A stretch of DNA of 60,053 nt, filler included, from 3 parts of 3 records of this genome joined end to end with filler, not necessarily neighbours in it, one strand, 5' to 3'; shown: positions 10,103-20,043, counted from the whole stretch's first letter. Translations and numbers: made by a program. Notes: generated by a model from the sequence alone, not told the origin.

Positions 10103-10513
10103 TTAATCCTCCCTGCAATATTGATATGGGATTGTTTTGCGCAGAACCAGCGCCTTTTCGCGATACATCAGGCGGATGGGATCTTCATTGCCCGGGTCAA
10201 CCTCTTTGACATAACCATCCAGCAGGTAATCATCCAGTTTTCCATGCACCTGCCGGGTCAATCCCAGCACATTGCGCACGCAATTTTCATCCCGGAACAC
10301 TTTGTCATACACGACAATGTCCACATGCATGGTCAATTCAGTCACCCCGCCGGATAGATCATGGCGAAGCACTTTTCCGTCCTTGATGCCGATGCATGGG
10401 AAGCCTGCGCTTACCGGGATGACATCCGTATCCAGGGCAAAGAACACATCCTTATCCCGAACGTCTTCTATATTTTGGAGTCTTGTCTGAATGGCTGTCA
10501 TCAGATCTTCCAT
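10103..10513 (-). CDS. Tail terminator/completion-like protein
   Basis: Size, position and 'FPCIGI.DG' motif. Confidence 0.55.
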   Translation of the reverse strand: MEDLMTAIQTRLQNIEDVRDKDVFFALDTDVIPVSAGFPCIGIKDGKVLRHDLSGGVTELTMHVDIVVYDKVFRDENCVRNVLGLTRQVHGKLDDYLLDGYVKEVDPGNEDPIRLMYREKALVLRKTIPYQYCRED

Positions 10514-10974
10514 TAGGCTCTCCCTAAGATTATGAAATCCGCCACCGTCTCCTGGAACTCCCGGATATCCTCTGCGTTAAAGCCCAAAAACTCGCGTTTT
10601 GGTATTTTTACCGTTTTGCCGGGACCGGCCATGCCGCCCCGGTTATGGATGGCCGTATAAACCCGGTTGGAATAAACGCCGGCACTCTCCTTGTCCGCAT
10701 GGGGATGAACCATTCTCAGATACCCATCCTGCTGCAGAATCTTGTCAATTTTGCGTTGCCTTGCCTTCCTTTTCACGGTTACCGGGGACAGCGGCTCCCA
10801 GTCGGTTCCGTCCGGGGCCTCTTCGGCCTTGAACCGGTCATCGGTCCGGGTGGCCATGTACTCGGAAAAAGATTTCATCACGGGCGTGAGATTCTCCACC
10901 CGGCCGATGGATTCCTTCACAAGCGCCTGCAGCTCTTCGTCATTCCATTTATAGGCAACCCCATCCCCGGCCAT
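10513..10974 (-). CDS. Virion morphogenesis protein (Mu gpG/phage tail S family)
   Basis: 'RF..E..PDG..W.PLS..T', 'Y.AIHN.GG', 'IPKREFLG' motifs. Confidence 0.88.
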   Translation of the reverse strand: MAGDGVAYKWNDEELQALVKESIGRVENLTPVMKSFSEYMATRTDDRFKAEEAPDGTDWEPLSPVTVKRKARQRKIDKILQQDGYLRMVHPHADKESAGVYSNRVYTAIHNRGGMAGPGKTVKIPKREFLGFNAEDIREFQETVADFIILGRA

Positions 10975-10975
10975 G

Positions 10976-11398
10976 TCAGAACCCCCTCATACTATTCCGG
11001 GAAAAAACCCGGCTGTCAGATGTCATCCGGACGCTATCCGTGCCCCCGGCCGTGGATTCAGTCGCCCCCGGCAAAACGGCCTTGCCCGCAGCCATCTTTT
11101 CCAGAAACTTCACCGCATCCTCAAATTTCTTCCGGACATCCTCCGGGGCAATGCCCCGCCGGGAAGAGATCTTGTACACGGCGATATCACAGGTGGCCCC
11201 GTTGATCACATCCGGCACCGGGTCCAGGGGCACGGTATACCGGGCAGCCAGATAGGCATCCACCAGCGCCCCGGCATCGGCAATGGCCTTATCCACCACC
11301 TGCGTATTCACCACCCCGAAATCATCGTCATCCGTGAACCGGATCACGTCATCTTCGTCCATGGCATATTGGATATCTGCCAATGTGCAGTAGGCCAT
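10976..11398 (-). CDS. Mu gp36-like head-tail adaptor (DUF1320)
   Basis: 'MAYCT..D', 'DAYLAARY..PL..VP', 'CDIA.Y' motifs. Confidence 0.9.
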   Translation of the reverse strand: MAYCTLADIQYAMDEDDVIRFTDDDDFGVVNTQVVDKAIADAGALVDAYLAARYTVPLDPVPDVINGATCDIAVYKISSRRGIAPEDVRKKFEDAVKFLEKMAAGKAVLPGATESTAGGTDSVRMTSDSRVFSRNSMRGF

Positions 11399-11400
11399 GG

Positions 11401-11814
11401 CTATTTATCCCCGGCATTCCAGGCTGCCCAAGCCGCATCCCGCTGATCAGCTGTGATGCCGTACCCCAGGATAGTCTCCATGGCTTCCACCGTCGGTGCC
11501 CCGTTGTAGATTGTGTTCCCGTCTTCAGCGGCCTTTCCGGCAGCGGCTGCCAGGTCTGACATATTCAGCGCCTCCGACAAAGGTTCTACAAATACGGAAC
11601 CCTTACCATCATCCTGGAGTTGGTCACATTGGGTTTGACCGACCTTGGGTTCAGCATCTGCAACCCCGGCCACCATGACGATCGCTGGATCTTCATCAAG
11701 CTGCTTGAGCTGCTCATCGCTGAAAAAATCGCCCGGGAACTCCCGGCCTTCCCGGGTGTGAGCCACGCCACACCTGCGGAACCCGTCTCTGTGTGATTGC
11801 ACGAAAATTTTCAT
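11401..11814 (-). CDS. Mu gp35/HI1506-like protein
   Basis: 'GFRRCG..H....EFP..F...QL..L..DP' motif; ATG at 11814 follows an AAGGGG RBS (ORF-track start at 11871 lies in a hairpin). Confidence 0.75.
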   Translation of the reverse strand: MKIFVQSHRDGFRRCGVAHTREGREFPGDFFSDEQLKQLDEDPAIVMVAGVADAEPKVGQTQCDQLQDDGKGSVFVEPLSEALNMSDLAAAAGKAAEDGNTIYNGAPTVEAMETILGYGITADQRDAAWAAWNAGDK

Positions 11815-11842
11815 GTTACCCCTTTCAAAAGTTAACCCTCGG

Positions 11843-11870
11843 TGCCCGGGAGGAATAATTCCCCCGGGCA
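11843..11870 (-). terminator. GC-rich hairpin after the major capsid gene (partial terminator or mRNA stabiliser)
   Basis: TGCCCGGG-A-GGAAT-A-ATTCC-CCCGGGCA; U-tract is weak and distant. Confidence 0.45.
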
Positions 11871-11886
11871 AGGTTCAAAACCCCGC

Positions 11887-12804
11887 CTATACCGTGCCTG
11901 TGGACCCATAGCAAAGCTGCCAGAAGCCAAACCCTGCCTCGGCTTCGGCTTCGCAGCCGAATTTATATTCACCGCGCATGAACACATCATCCGCGTCCGG
12001 GTTCACCTGGGAAACAAAGTGAGGCTTTTTGGTCTCCTGATAGATAAACGGCTTCACCGGCCGGGTGGTGTCCAACAAGAACCAGGCGGTGCGTGAACTT
12101 AATCGGCCGTCCATCACCACCTCAAACATGCCCCTGTAAGGATTTGGGGTGTCGTCAGCCAACTTTTCATCATTGGCAAGGCATTTGGCCGTAATATGCA
12201 GCGCCGGTGGAACCAGCAGGACATTGGGCCGAATATTTAAATTCCGGCCTTCATCATCTTTGAACTCATGCATAGCGGTCAGCGCCACACCAATGGATGC
12301 GTCAGCCAACTCCCGGGTCGCATTGGACAGCACCATTGTGCCCTTATTGCTCACAGACGACACATCCCCTTCCGGACCTACCGGGTGGTCCGTGTCGCAG
12401 TAGTATTGCCCGTCATAGCATTGCTTGGTGAAGGCACCGTTCACGGCCTCATACACCAGTTCATCCGGGAACTCCCGGGCCGCCATGCCGGCATTCTGGG
12501 CCTGGGGCTGGTAAATGCCCAGCTGGTCGCGTTCAATGTGCTTGCGCTTAACCGACACCGTGGCTTCAAAATCCCGGGCCTTGATCGTGTAACCAAAGGC
12601 CTCCAATGCCTTGATGGTCTTATCCCCGATCCATTCCTTCATCTTGGGGAAATCGCTCAGCCATGCGTAATCCACCTCACCGGATGGTGCCGGCACTTTC
12701 ATGGCAATTTTTTGCCAGGTGCTGGGCGCTTCGGCGAACGCTTTGTTAAATATGGCCTTTAGCGATACAAAGACCGAGTGAATGCTTGCTTGATTGATCA
12801 GCAT
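11887..12804 (-). CDS. Mu-like major capsid protein (gpT family)
   Basis: 'Y.WL..FP.M.EWIGD', 'CYDGQY..DTDHPV', 'KPFIYQ', 'GFGFWQ..YGS.G' motifs. Confidence 0.95.
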   Translation of the reverse strand: MLINQASIHSVFVSLKAIFNKAFAEAPSTWQKIAMKVPAPSGEVDYAWLSDFPKMKEWIGDKTIKALEAFGYTIKARDFEATVSVKRKHIERDQLGIYQPQAQNAGMAAREFPDELVYEAVNGAFTKQCYDGQYYCDTDHPVGPEGDVSSVSNKGTMVLSNATRELADASIGVALTAMHEFKDDEGRNLNIRPNVLLVPPALHITAKCLANDEKLADDTPNPYRGMFEVVMDGRLSSRTAWFLLDTTRPVKPFIYQETKKPHFVSQVNPDADDVFMRGEYKFGCEAEAEAGFGFWQLCYGSTGTV

Positions 12805-12832
12805 GATATTCTCCCTTGCTGTTTAGTTTTTT

Positions 12833-13231
12833 TTAAGCGATGTCTACCCAGACCCCGTCTGATTCCACCGCGATAACAGTCCCGGCCGATACGTCGTTGG
12901 TGGCTCCGGCCACCGTGGTCAACGTGACGGAATCCTCCACATATGCACTGCCCCCCACATTAGTCTGGGCCAACGCTGCCGTGGATGAATTTGCCAGTTT
13001 GAATGCGTTTTTACGCCGGACAAGCACTGTCAAATCCCCGGCAGCTCCGCCAGAGTTATCCACAGTCTCCTGGGCAACGCCCAAGACAACATGTCCGGCA
13101 GTATCATCCGCCGGGACCGCATACCCGGAGCCGGTCACAGCCACCAGGTGCCCGGCCTCAATCTTTGTAGACGCGGCTACAGGCAGCCCGATTTCAATCC
13201 CGTCTCTCCTCGGCGTGTTGCGATCAGCCAT
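12833..13231 (-). CDS. Capsid cement/decoration protein
   Basis: Small Gly/Ala/Val-rich protein between protease and capsid, ending 'DGVWV'. Confidence 0.75.
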   Translation of the reverse strand: MADRNTPRRDGIEIGLPVAASTKIEAGHLVAVTGSGYAVPADDTAGHVVLGVAQETVDNSGGAAGDLTVLVRRKNAFKLANSSTAALAQTNVGGSAYVEDSVTLTTVAGATNDVSAGTVIAVESDGVWVDIA

Positions 13232-14237
13232 TTTTCACCTCCAGTCCGTATTTTTTAAGATCTTCGGGGTCCAGGTCCATCTGGCCGGCTACAGCCATAT
13301 CGCTCTCGGTCAAAGTCCCCGGGGTTGGTGTTTCCGTTTTGCCAGGCAGCTTGTCCACAGGCACGGCCTGGGGCGCTTTGGCAACATACTGTGTAAACCC
13401 GTCGGGGTCTTTGGCGGCATAATCCAGCGCCCACTCTTTTTGGGCCGGTATCACCTTGCCTTTGGCAATGGCGGCATCAACCGCGTCCCGGGCATCCCTG
13501 GCCGCCAGATCATCTTTGAGCGCCTGGAAATCAACAGCCGATACCGAGACCTGTTTTTCCTGTTTCAGCACATTGATGGAAGCCACCACCGTGGATTCAT
13601 TGGCATCATCGCCCAGGTCCAGGGCGGACAGCACCGCCTTGGAAACAATTTCCAGCTCTTTTTCTTCGGGTATCGCAATGCCCAGCTTGGCGATTGCCGC
13701 CATAATCTGCGCGTCCGTGGCATCCGCTTTGAGCCCCAGGGCCGCGATCAGTTTTTTCCGATCCATAGGTTTTTCCTTTGATTGGTCCGACCCGGCTTCA
13801 AGCTTTGCCAGAATAGGGGTCAGGTGTTTGGTTTTTGGTGTATTGGTCAGGGCTGAGCTGTGCAGCCCGCATACGCGTTTGTCTGATTTGCGGACAAAGA
13901 ACACAGGAGAAAAGTACCGGTACTCATTTTTTGCAAGATATTGGGCCGCCTTTTCGTTCCACTCCACCCGGGCCTTGATGCCCACGCCCTCCTCCCAGAC
14001 CAGTTCTTTTATCCATCCGGCTGCCGGGGCTTCCACATCCTTGAGGGTCTGGTGTTCATAATCAAACACCACCTCGTTGCCCATGCCCGCCACATGGCTC
14101 TGGACCAGGTCAAAGGCTGCTTTATCCACAAGGAATTTTACGCCGTCGGCAAGCTCTCCCCAGCCGGCTTTAAACAACAGCATCCATTCGGCCCCGTCCC
14201 GGCTGACTTTGGCGATGAACGTTAAGATATTGTGCAT
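13224..14237 (-). CDS. Mu gpI-like prohead protease/scaffold
   Basis: 'DYEHQ', 'APAAGWI', 'EYRYFSPVF', 'ALTNTP' motifs; helical scaffold C-terminus starting 'MDRKKLIAALGL'. Confidence 0.93.
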   Translation of the reverse strand: MHNILTFIAKVSRDGAEWMLLFKAGWGELADGVKFLVDKAAFDLVQSHVAGMGNEVVFDYEHQTLKDVEAPAAGWIKELVWEEGVGIKARVEWNEKAAQYLAKNEYRYFSPVFFVRKSDKRVCGLHSSALTNTPKTKHLTPILAKLEAGSDQSKEKPMDRKKLIAALGLKADATDAQIMAAIAKLGIAIPEEKELEIVSKAVLSALDLGDDANESTVVASINVLKQEKQVSVSAVDFQALKDDLAARDARDAVDAAIAKGKVIPAQKEWALDYAAKDPDGFTQYVAKAPQAVPVDKLPGKTETPTPGTLTESDMAVAGQMDLDPEDLKKYGLEVKNG

Positions 14238-14250
14238 TGAATCCTCCTCG

Positions 14251-14949
14251 TTATGCGGTTCGCATCAAGTTGCTGCCCTGGCCCACGTTGTAATCCCAGC
14301 CCGGGTCAATCCCCAGGGGCACCTGGTGTATCTTGCCTTTCCGGTCTGTCCATTCCCGGTACTCAGTGGCCGGGGCCGTGTCCGGACCTTTTTTGTCCAG
14401 CCGGACCAGATCCCGTTCAGACAGCGTCACCACCCGGCACTTGCACCCCCACCCGTTGGGCGGGTAATGGGTGTCCCACCAGGGATCGTCGAAACGCAGG
14501 ATCAGGCCGTCCCAGGCCAGGTGCTGATCCCTGGGGTTCACGGAATCCCCGTGCCGGTATTGCCAGTAAGGCCGCAGGGCCGTAACATCGGGGTCGGACA
14601 TTTGCCGGTACCGGCCTGCCTGGTAGGCACAGCGCAGGTTGGTGTCATAAATCACCTTGGACCGCCAATTCCGGCCGCCCTTATAGACCCAGCCGAACGC
14701 CTTCACCGCTTCATCAAAGTCCTTCCGGAAATCCGCCAGGGTAGTGCCTTCGGCAATGGCCCGGTCCACGGCCGTCCGAAGATCTTCCAGCAGTTCTTCC
14801 TCCATGGCACCGGCAACGGTGAATGCCTTGGTGTGCATCTGCTTCCACAGATCGTCCCAGTGTTCCGACGGCATGGACAGCTTGTCCCGGAAATAGGCAA
14901 TGGCCTGGTCAAAGGGCATGCCCCCATATTTTTTCATGATTTCAGGCAT
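14251..14949 (-). CDS. Mu gpF-like head morphogenesis protein
   Basis: 'AFTVAG', 'IYDTN...AY.AGR', 'DDPWW.THYPPNGWGCKC.V' motifs. Confidence 0.93.
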   Translation of the reverse strand: MPEIMKKYGGMPFDQAIAYFRDKLSMPSEHWDDLWKQMHTKAFTVAGAMEEELLEDLRTAVDRAIAEGTTLADFRKDFDEAVKAFGWVYKGGRNWRSKVIYDTNLRCAYQAGRYRQMSDPDVTALRPYWQYRHGDSVNPRDQHLAWDGLILRFDDPWWDTHYPPNGWGCKCRVVTLSERDLVRLDKKGPDTAPATEYREWTDRKGKIHQVPLGIDPGWDYNVGQGSNLMRTA

Positions 14950-16510
14950 CGTCCATCACCTCATACCGGCCCATGAGTTCGGCAGCTGCCATGGCCTTGG
15001 CAATCAACTCTCCCAGATCGGTCGGTTCCAGATCGGAAAACGCCTGGGAAAGCATGGATTTCATCTCCTGGAGATCCCGGGCTGAGGCCATTACTTCCTT
15101 GACCCGATCCAGGGTCGCCTGGACATGGTCGTCCGCTTGGGTGCCAAGATTGTCAGAAACAACGTCCAGGAGTTCGAAATTATCGTTTCCTGCGTCATTC
15201 CCCGTTTTTGCGACCACACGCATCTTGGAAGGCATAAAACCGCTTGTATGGCTATTTTTTGGCCTCAAGCACTCTTCCCCCTTCTGGGGCTCCGGAATGC
15301 TGTATTTTTCCCTGACGTGGGAGACCGGGATATCCATCCGGTCTGCAAACTTGTCCAGCAGGTCCGCATATGCGGCCAGATCCTCTTTTCTGAATTTGCC
15401 CGTGTACTTGGGCACCGGGGTGTCCCACCCCCAGTTAAAGCCCACATAGGGCCGGATAAACTGGGTGCGGATCGTTGCCGCAATGGCCCTGGCATCAGCG
15501 TTGATCAGGTCATGGCGCACGTCGTTATGGGTCTGGGCTGCGGCATAGGAGCCTTTGCCGTCCACCTCGGATGTCAGGGTGCCGCCCAAAATCGCCTTGG
15601 ACATCTCCTTGTTGCCGAAGCCGGCTAAATCCTTGTACAGGTCCGTGGACACAGACCCCTTTGACCCGGTAACAAATTCGATCTCCGTGGATTTTGAGAT
15701 AATCCCGGCCGCATCATGGCCCAAGGTCCGGACCGCAACTTCCAGGGCATCCTTGTCCGCCTCACTGGCTCCCGGGTTATATTTGCCCAGGCGCAGCGGC
15801 ATGCCGTACACGTCACAAAAGATCACCCAGTCTTTGACCGCATAGTTCTTGAACAGGTACCACCAGGTGCAGACCCTGAATATCCCGGACCGGGTGGGAT
15901 GGCCGGACCGGCCGCCGTACCGGTGCATCATCATGCGCCACGCCGGGATATCAACGCCCATGGGGTCGTCATCCGTAATCAGCAGCGGCACATCCGACAG
16001 CACCCCGGACCGGTCCGTAAACCGGAACCGTTTATGCTTGATGTAATCGAATTTTTGCACCCCGGCCTGGCCCTCCGACGCGTCCCAGTCCATCTCCATG
16101 GCACAGAATCCCCGGCCCATGGCATCCTGCATGCTGATCAGGATATCAGGCCAATCCGTGATGCCGTCAATCATGGCCTGGACATCTTCACACACCTTGA
16201 CGTCCCGGGCATCTTCCGATGCCGGGGCCAGGATGAAGTCCGCGTCCAGGATTACGTTTTTGCGTTTTGACGTCTCACCGATGATGTGGCCGTCCCGCTC
16301 TTCCATCTGCTCAAACAACTCTGCCTGCCGTCCGACATCCCCGGCATCCGCCTCCCGGAACAACCCGGCCAGGCGTTCCGGGGTCAAGCCGTCCGCCACA
16401 TAATCTCTGTATGCATCCGCCAAAGGGGCCGCAGCCAGGGGCCGCCTGTCCGGCTTTTTCTCCGGCCGGGGATATGGCCGTCCAAATTGATCGTAGATCG
16501 TCACCATCAC
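14942..16510 (-). CDS. Portal protein (Mu gp29/DUF935)
   Basis: 'YG.P.R.GKY', 'SKAILGGTLT', 'GS.A...H..VR' motifs. Confidence 0.93.
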   Translation of the reverse strand: MMVTIYDQFGRPYPRPEKKPDRRPLAAAPLADAYRDYVADGLTPERLAGLFREADAGDVGRQAELFEQMEERDGHIIGETSKRKNVILDADFILAPASEDARDVKVCEDVQAMIDGITDWPDILISMQDAMGRGFCAMEMDWDASEGQAGVQKFDYIKHKRFRFTDRSGVLSDVPLLITDDDPMGVDIPAWRMMMHRYGGRSGHPTRSGIFRVCTWWYLFKNYAVKDWVIFCDVYGMPLRLGKYNPGASEADKDALEVAVRTLGHDAAGIISKSTEIEFVTGSKGSVSTDLYKDLAGFGNKEMSKAILGGTLTSEVDGKGSYAAAQTHNDVRHDLINADARAIAATIRTQFIRPYVGFNWGWDTPVPKYTGKFRKEDLAAYADLLDKFADRMDIPVSHVREKYSIPEPQKGEECLRPKNSHTSGFMPSKMRVVAKTGNDAGNDNFELLDVVSDNLGTQADDHVQATLDRVKEVMASARDLQEMKSMLSQAFSDLEPTDLGELIAKAMAAAELMGRYEVMDDA

Positions 16511-18003
16511 CAGGCTCCTTTTGATGCAAACCGCCGTTTAGTAGTTGTTTTGTATTCGACTTCCCCCGCGCCCTGAAGTTCCCGCCGGGCAAAGTCAGCC
16601 AATGCGTGGGCAATACCGGAATCGCCATGGCGCATATTGCCGTCCCGTCCCCGGGTCCGTCCTGTGTCCGGCACCTTGGCAATGCCCTTGACCATCTTGA
16701 TGGCCCGGTGATCGTCCAGGGTATCCCCGTCTTTGGGGATGAACGTGTCTTTGTCTTCAATGGCCGCCTTGAACTTGGGCATGTTCTCCCGGTACCACTC
16801 CTGGGAGAGATGAACCTCAAGTATCCTGGTGGCCCCGTATCTTTGCCGGGCCACCTCAGCCAGGTATTGGCCGTTACCCTTGGCATCAAAGGCTCCGCCC
16901 CGGAACCTGGGAAACAGGTCACACTGATAAAAAAGGATTTGCTTTTGCTGCTCAAAAGGCACATTGCGAAGCTCAAGGACATAGGGTGGCCGGTGTTTTA
17001 ATCCCACTTCCTCCTGGAGAGGCCACTGCACCGACAAGTCCCCATTCCTTGCAAAATCCTCCCCCATATAAACGGGATAGTTCTCCGGCATTTCTTTGAT
17101 CAGGGGCAAAAGGTTCTCTTCACACCACTGCCTGATCTCCGCCTCCCGGATATGCTTGGGCTCATCCACGAACCCCGGTCGACAGGTCAAATTTACCACC
17201 GGGATATCTTCATCCTGGATGGCTTCCAGCATACTCAATGGCAAAAAGGCCCCGCCGCCCTGGGAGGGAATGCAGAACAACTCTTCGTCCGCGCCGTCCC
17301 CGTAAAAATCAATGGTCTGCTGCCGCCATTGGTCTTGTGCTTGCTGGCTCCACTTTTTGCCAAGGCGCATGCAGATCCGTTTGTAAAGACCGGCTTTTAA
17401 TGCATCATCAAAGGTGACACGGTGCAGGCTGTAGGGCTTTTTACCGGCCCGGATATCCTTGATGATCTCGTTGAAATAATTTTCGTCCCCGTCGTGGGTG
17501 GAGATGATCACCACCTGACCGCCCCACATGAGCAGAGCCAGGGCCGCCTTGATTAATTCTTTGAGGTCGTCGTGGAATGCGGCCTCATCAATCACCACCT
17601 TGCCCTGCATCCCCCTCAGATTGGATGGCCGGGAGGAAAGGGCCACGATCTTATGGCCCGATGCAAACTTGATCCGAAAGGTGATGATATCCTTGTCCAC
17701 ATCCTGGAAAATATCTTCCTCAATTTCAGAGGCGGCCTTGTTGTATTGCTTGGCCCAGTCCGCACAATCACCGATAAACTCCTGGGCCATATCCTTGTTG
17801 TACCCCACGTAAAAGACATCCATCCCGCTTCGTGTCGCAGAAAGCAACGCATCCTCGCTTGCTTCTCCCCAGGACAGGCCGATCCGACGTGATTTTTCTA
17901 TCACTTTTACCGGTGATGTATCTGCCTGCCATGTCACCTGGTAAGGCAGCAGCACCATGGGGGTCCGCTGGGAACGGTCTTCTTTAACGTGGGTCAGGGT
18001 CAT
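16507..18003 (-). CDS. Terminase large subunit (Mu gp28-like)
   Basis: 'LLPYQ', 'EKSRRIGLSW', 'VVIDEAAFH', 'G.DFAR.GD', 'RHGD' motifs. Confidence 0.95.
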   Translation of the reverse strand: MTLTHVKEDRSQRTPMVLLPYQVTWQADTSPVKVIEKSRRIGLSWGEASEDALLSATRSGMDVFYVGYNKDMAQEFIGDCADWAKQYNKAASEIEEDIFQDVDKDIITFRIKFASGHKIVALSSRPSNLRGMQGKVVIDEAAFHDDLKELIKAALALLMWGGQVVIISTHDGDENYFNEIIKDIRAGKKPYSLHRVTFDDALKAGLYKRICMRLGKKWSQQAQDQWRQQTIDFYGDGADEELFCIPSQGGGAFLPLSMLEAIQDEDIPVVNLTCRPGFVDEPKHIREAEIRQWCEENLLPLIKEMPENYPVYMGEDFARNGDLSVQWPLQEEVGLKHRPPYVLELRNVPFEQQKQILFYQCDLFPRFRGGAFDAKGNGQYLAEVARQRYGATRILEVHLSQEWYRENMPKFKAAIEDKDTFIPKDGDTLDDHRAIKMVKGIAKVPDTGRTRGRDGNMRHGDSGIAHALADFARRELQGAGEVEYKTTTKRRFASKGAW

Positions 18004-18560
18004 GATTTCACCCCAAGGATCTGACGCCGGATCATGTCCGCAGCCTCATCAGACAACCCGCCTTCTGACGCCGTTTCGTCAACCGCATTTGCCGCAGCCT
18101 CAAGTGTCTGTTGCCTGACCTGGGACTCACGGTCCAGGGTGATCTTGCTGGCCCGCTCAATGCGCTGGGAGATCAAGGCCACCTTGTTCAGGGTGTCCAC
18201 ATCCACCTCACCTTCATTGAGCACCAGGTTAAAAGACAAGGTCTTGACCAGCTCGGTAACCGCCCGGCCAAGGTCTGTGCCCTTATGTTCCCCCAAGCCG
18301 CCCACAAGGGCGTCGGCTGCCTGGCGGGCCTCGCGCATCATGGCACCTTTCTCTTCCACGGCCATGGCGTACCTGCCCAGGGCTGACTTGGATATGGGCT
18401 TTTCCCCGCGTACCTCAAGCACCGGATTGACAGCATCCAGGATCTTTGTCTGGGTCAGCCGCCTGTCCCGCAAGGCGGCATTAATCTCCACCCGCAAATC
18501 TTCTGGAAGCTGGTCAATGGATGACGGGCGGCCACGGCCCTTGCGTCTTTTTTCCGGCAT
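18000..18560 (-). CDS. Terminase small subunit (Mu gp27/DUF3486)
   Basis: 'R.SSID.LP', 'ISKSALGRY', 'GLS......IR..ILG' motifs. Confidence 0.9.
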   Translation of the reverse strand: MPEKRRKGRGRPSSIDQLPEDLRVEINAALRDRRLTQTKILDAVNPVLEVRGEKPISKSALGRYAMAVEEKGAMMREARQAADALVGGLGEHKGTDLGRAVTELVKTLSFNLVLNEGEVDVDTLNKVALISQRIERASKITLDRESQVRQQTLEAAANAVDETASEGGLSDEAADMIRRQILGVKS

Positions 18561-18563
18561 GGC

Positions 18564-18869
18564 TTACCGCCTCGTCATCCTGGGGGTCGGGCGCTTGACG
18601 CCGGGCACCACCACACGGCTGTTGACCACATCCAGGCCCCGTTCGGTCAAGCAGGCCACAATAACCCCCGGATCATCATCCAGGGTTACCAGCCCCTGTT
18701 CCTGGAGCCAGGACAGTTCCGTGCGCACCCGATCCCGGCTGGGCGTAAATCCATAAGGCTCTGTGCCGTCCGTTAGAATGGACTCGTTCAGGGTGTAGTT
18801 CGCATCTTCAGCCAGCAGCCGTAAAAGCGTGATGCGCAAATGCTGTGATACCGTGTCGCTGAAACTCAT
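18564..18869 (-). CDS. Mu gp26-like winged-helix protein
   Basis: 'RI..LR.L', 'SRD.V...L.WL.EQGLV', 'LT.RG.DV......VPGV.RP' motifs. Confidence 0.88.
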   Translation of the reverse strand: MSFSDTVSQHLRITLLRLLAEDANYTLNESILTDGTEPYGFTPSRDRVRTELSWLQEQGLVTLDDDPGVIVACLTERGLDVVNSRVVVPGVKRPTPRMTRR

Positions 18870-19207
18870 TATTTGCTCCCCTCTTTCTTGAGCAGGTGTT
18901 CAAGGATCATATCCACAGACCCGCCGATGCTGCCGAATCCCCCTTTGATCTCGCCCTTCATCGCTGACACCTGGTCTGATACCGCGTTGATTCGATCATA
19001 TACCTTGCCAAGGTCTTTATGCCCGACCTGGTTCTCTTCGAGTTTTGTCACCCGTTTGTCCACGCCCCGGATCTCATCTTTCACTTCGCACAGATCCACG
19101 GCCCGGGCCTTGTCCTTATTGCCTATCCAGACACCCACCCAGACAATGACACTTACCAGGCCGGAGCCCACCGCAAACCAAAACTGCCATGCCGAATAAT
19201 CAATCAC
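18869..19207 (-). CDS. Mu gp25/DUF2730-like membrane-anchored coiled-coil protein
   Basis: One N-terminal TM helix plus coiled coil; conserved position before gp26. Confidence 0.7.
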   Translation of the reverse strand: MIDYSAWQFWFAVGSGLVSVIVWVGVWIGNKDKARAVDLCEVKDEIRGVDKRVTKLEENQVGHKDLGKVYDRINAVSDQVSAMKGEIKGGFGSIGGSVDMILEHLLKKEGSK

Positions 19208-19266
19208 CGTGCCACCTCATTAGCTTCCTGGCAGTCCACATGCCTGCCCTGATCACAAGCGTCCAT
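19204..19266 (-). pseudogene. 20-aa remnant of a TraR/DksA C4 zinc-finger gene
   Basis: MDACDQGRHVDCQEANEVAR*, coupled by TAATG and GTGA overlaps; keeps 'MD..D' start and 'V.CQ...E' end. Confidence 0.55.
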
Positions 19267-19733
19267 TATGCAATCAGCCCCGGCTGATATACGCGGTTGC
19301 TGTATGTCATCACCCGGTGGCGGTTAGCCCCGGCTTTGTAGCTGACATGGACCCAGCCGGATGCCGGGATGCCGGGCGTGTAGCACTCCAGGATTACCTG
19401 GTCGAAAGCCAGTTGATGCTGGATCCATGCGGCCAGGTCATAATTGCTGACCCCGGGGATTTCGAAATCAACGGCCTCTCCCTTGCAGTGCTGGGACCTG
19501 TGCGCTCCGCCGATGGCCTTATTTAACGCCGGACTGCGGTACCCGGAACTGGGCCGGATCGGTACGCCGAAATGCACCCGAACCGGCTCCAGGACCTGTA
19601 CGCACAGATCGCGCAGTGTCGCCAGCATGTTTGCCGGTGGTCTGTTGTCAATGCCCTTGCGGACCGCGGTCTCTGACCGGATCATTTCGTTCAGGGTAAA
19701 ATGCTTGGTAAGCTGTATGTCGTTTGTATCCAT
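19266..19733 (-). CDS. Endolysin, peptidase M15 family
   Basis: 'HFTL.EM..S.TA', 'SSGYRS..LN..IGG...SQH..G.A.D', 'WVHVS' motifs; alternative in-frame start at 19805. Confidence 0.92.
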   Translation of the reverse strand: MDTNDIQLTKHFTLNEMIRSETAVRKGIDNRPPANMLATLRDLCVQVLEPVRVHFGVPIRPSSGYRSPALNKAIGGAHRSQHCKGEAVDFEIPGVSNYDLAAWIQHQLAFDQVILECYTPGIPASGWVHVSYKAGANRHRVMTYSNRVYQPGLIA

Positions 19734-20043
19734 GTTCTTAGCTCCTGGGGAGTTCGGCCATTGCCACCTGCACGTCAAAAGTGCCAACCGGTATCCGGCA
19801 TCCATGGTTTAGGCTCCTGGTGGGGGTTCCATCCGAAAAATTTATGGTAATGGATACTTTTTAGATTAGATGTCGGTTGAATAAAAATAATGGGGATTAG
19901 GAAAACGCAGTAAAACGGACCGGGAGAAACAGCAGGAAAACCGGGCGGCCCGGAACAGGCCACCCGTTAAATTATAAGGCTCTCAGGCAGGCATCCGCCG
20001 TCCTGATCTCATTGTAAATATGATTACAAGCACGGGCACGGAA

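Noticed and set aside
12840-14976. Long plus-strand ORFs (313, 201, 299 aa) and similar antisense ORFs elsewhere (e.g. 30801-31748, 31817-32716, 47061-48029)
   Set aside because: They are shadows of well-supported genes on the opposite strand, with no motifs or RBS.
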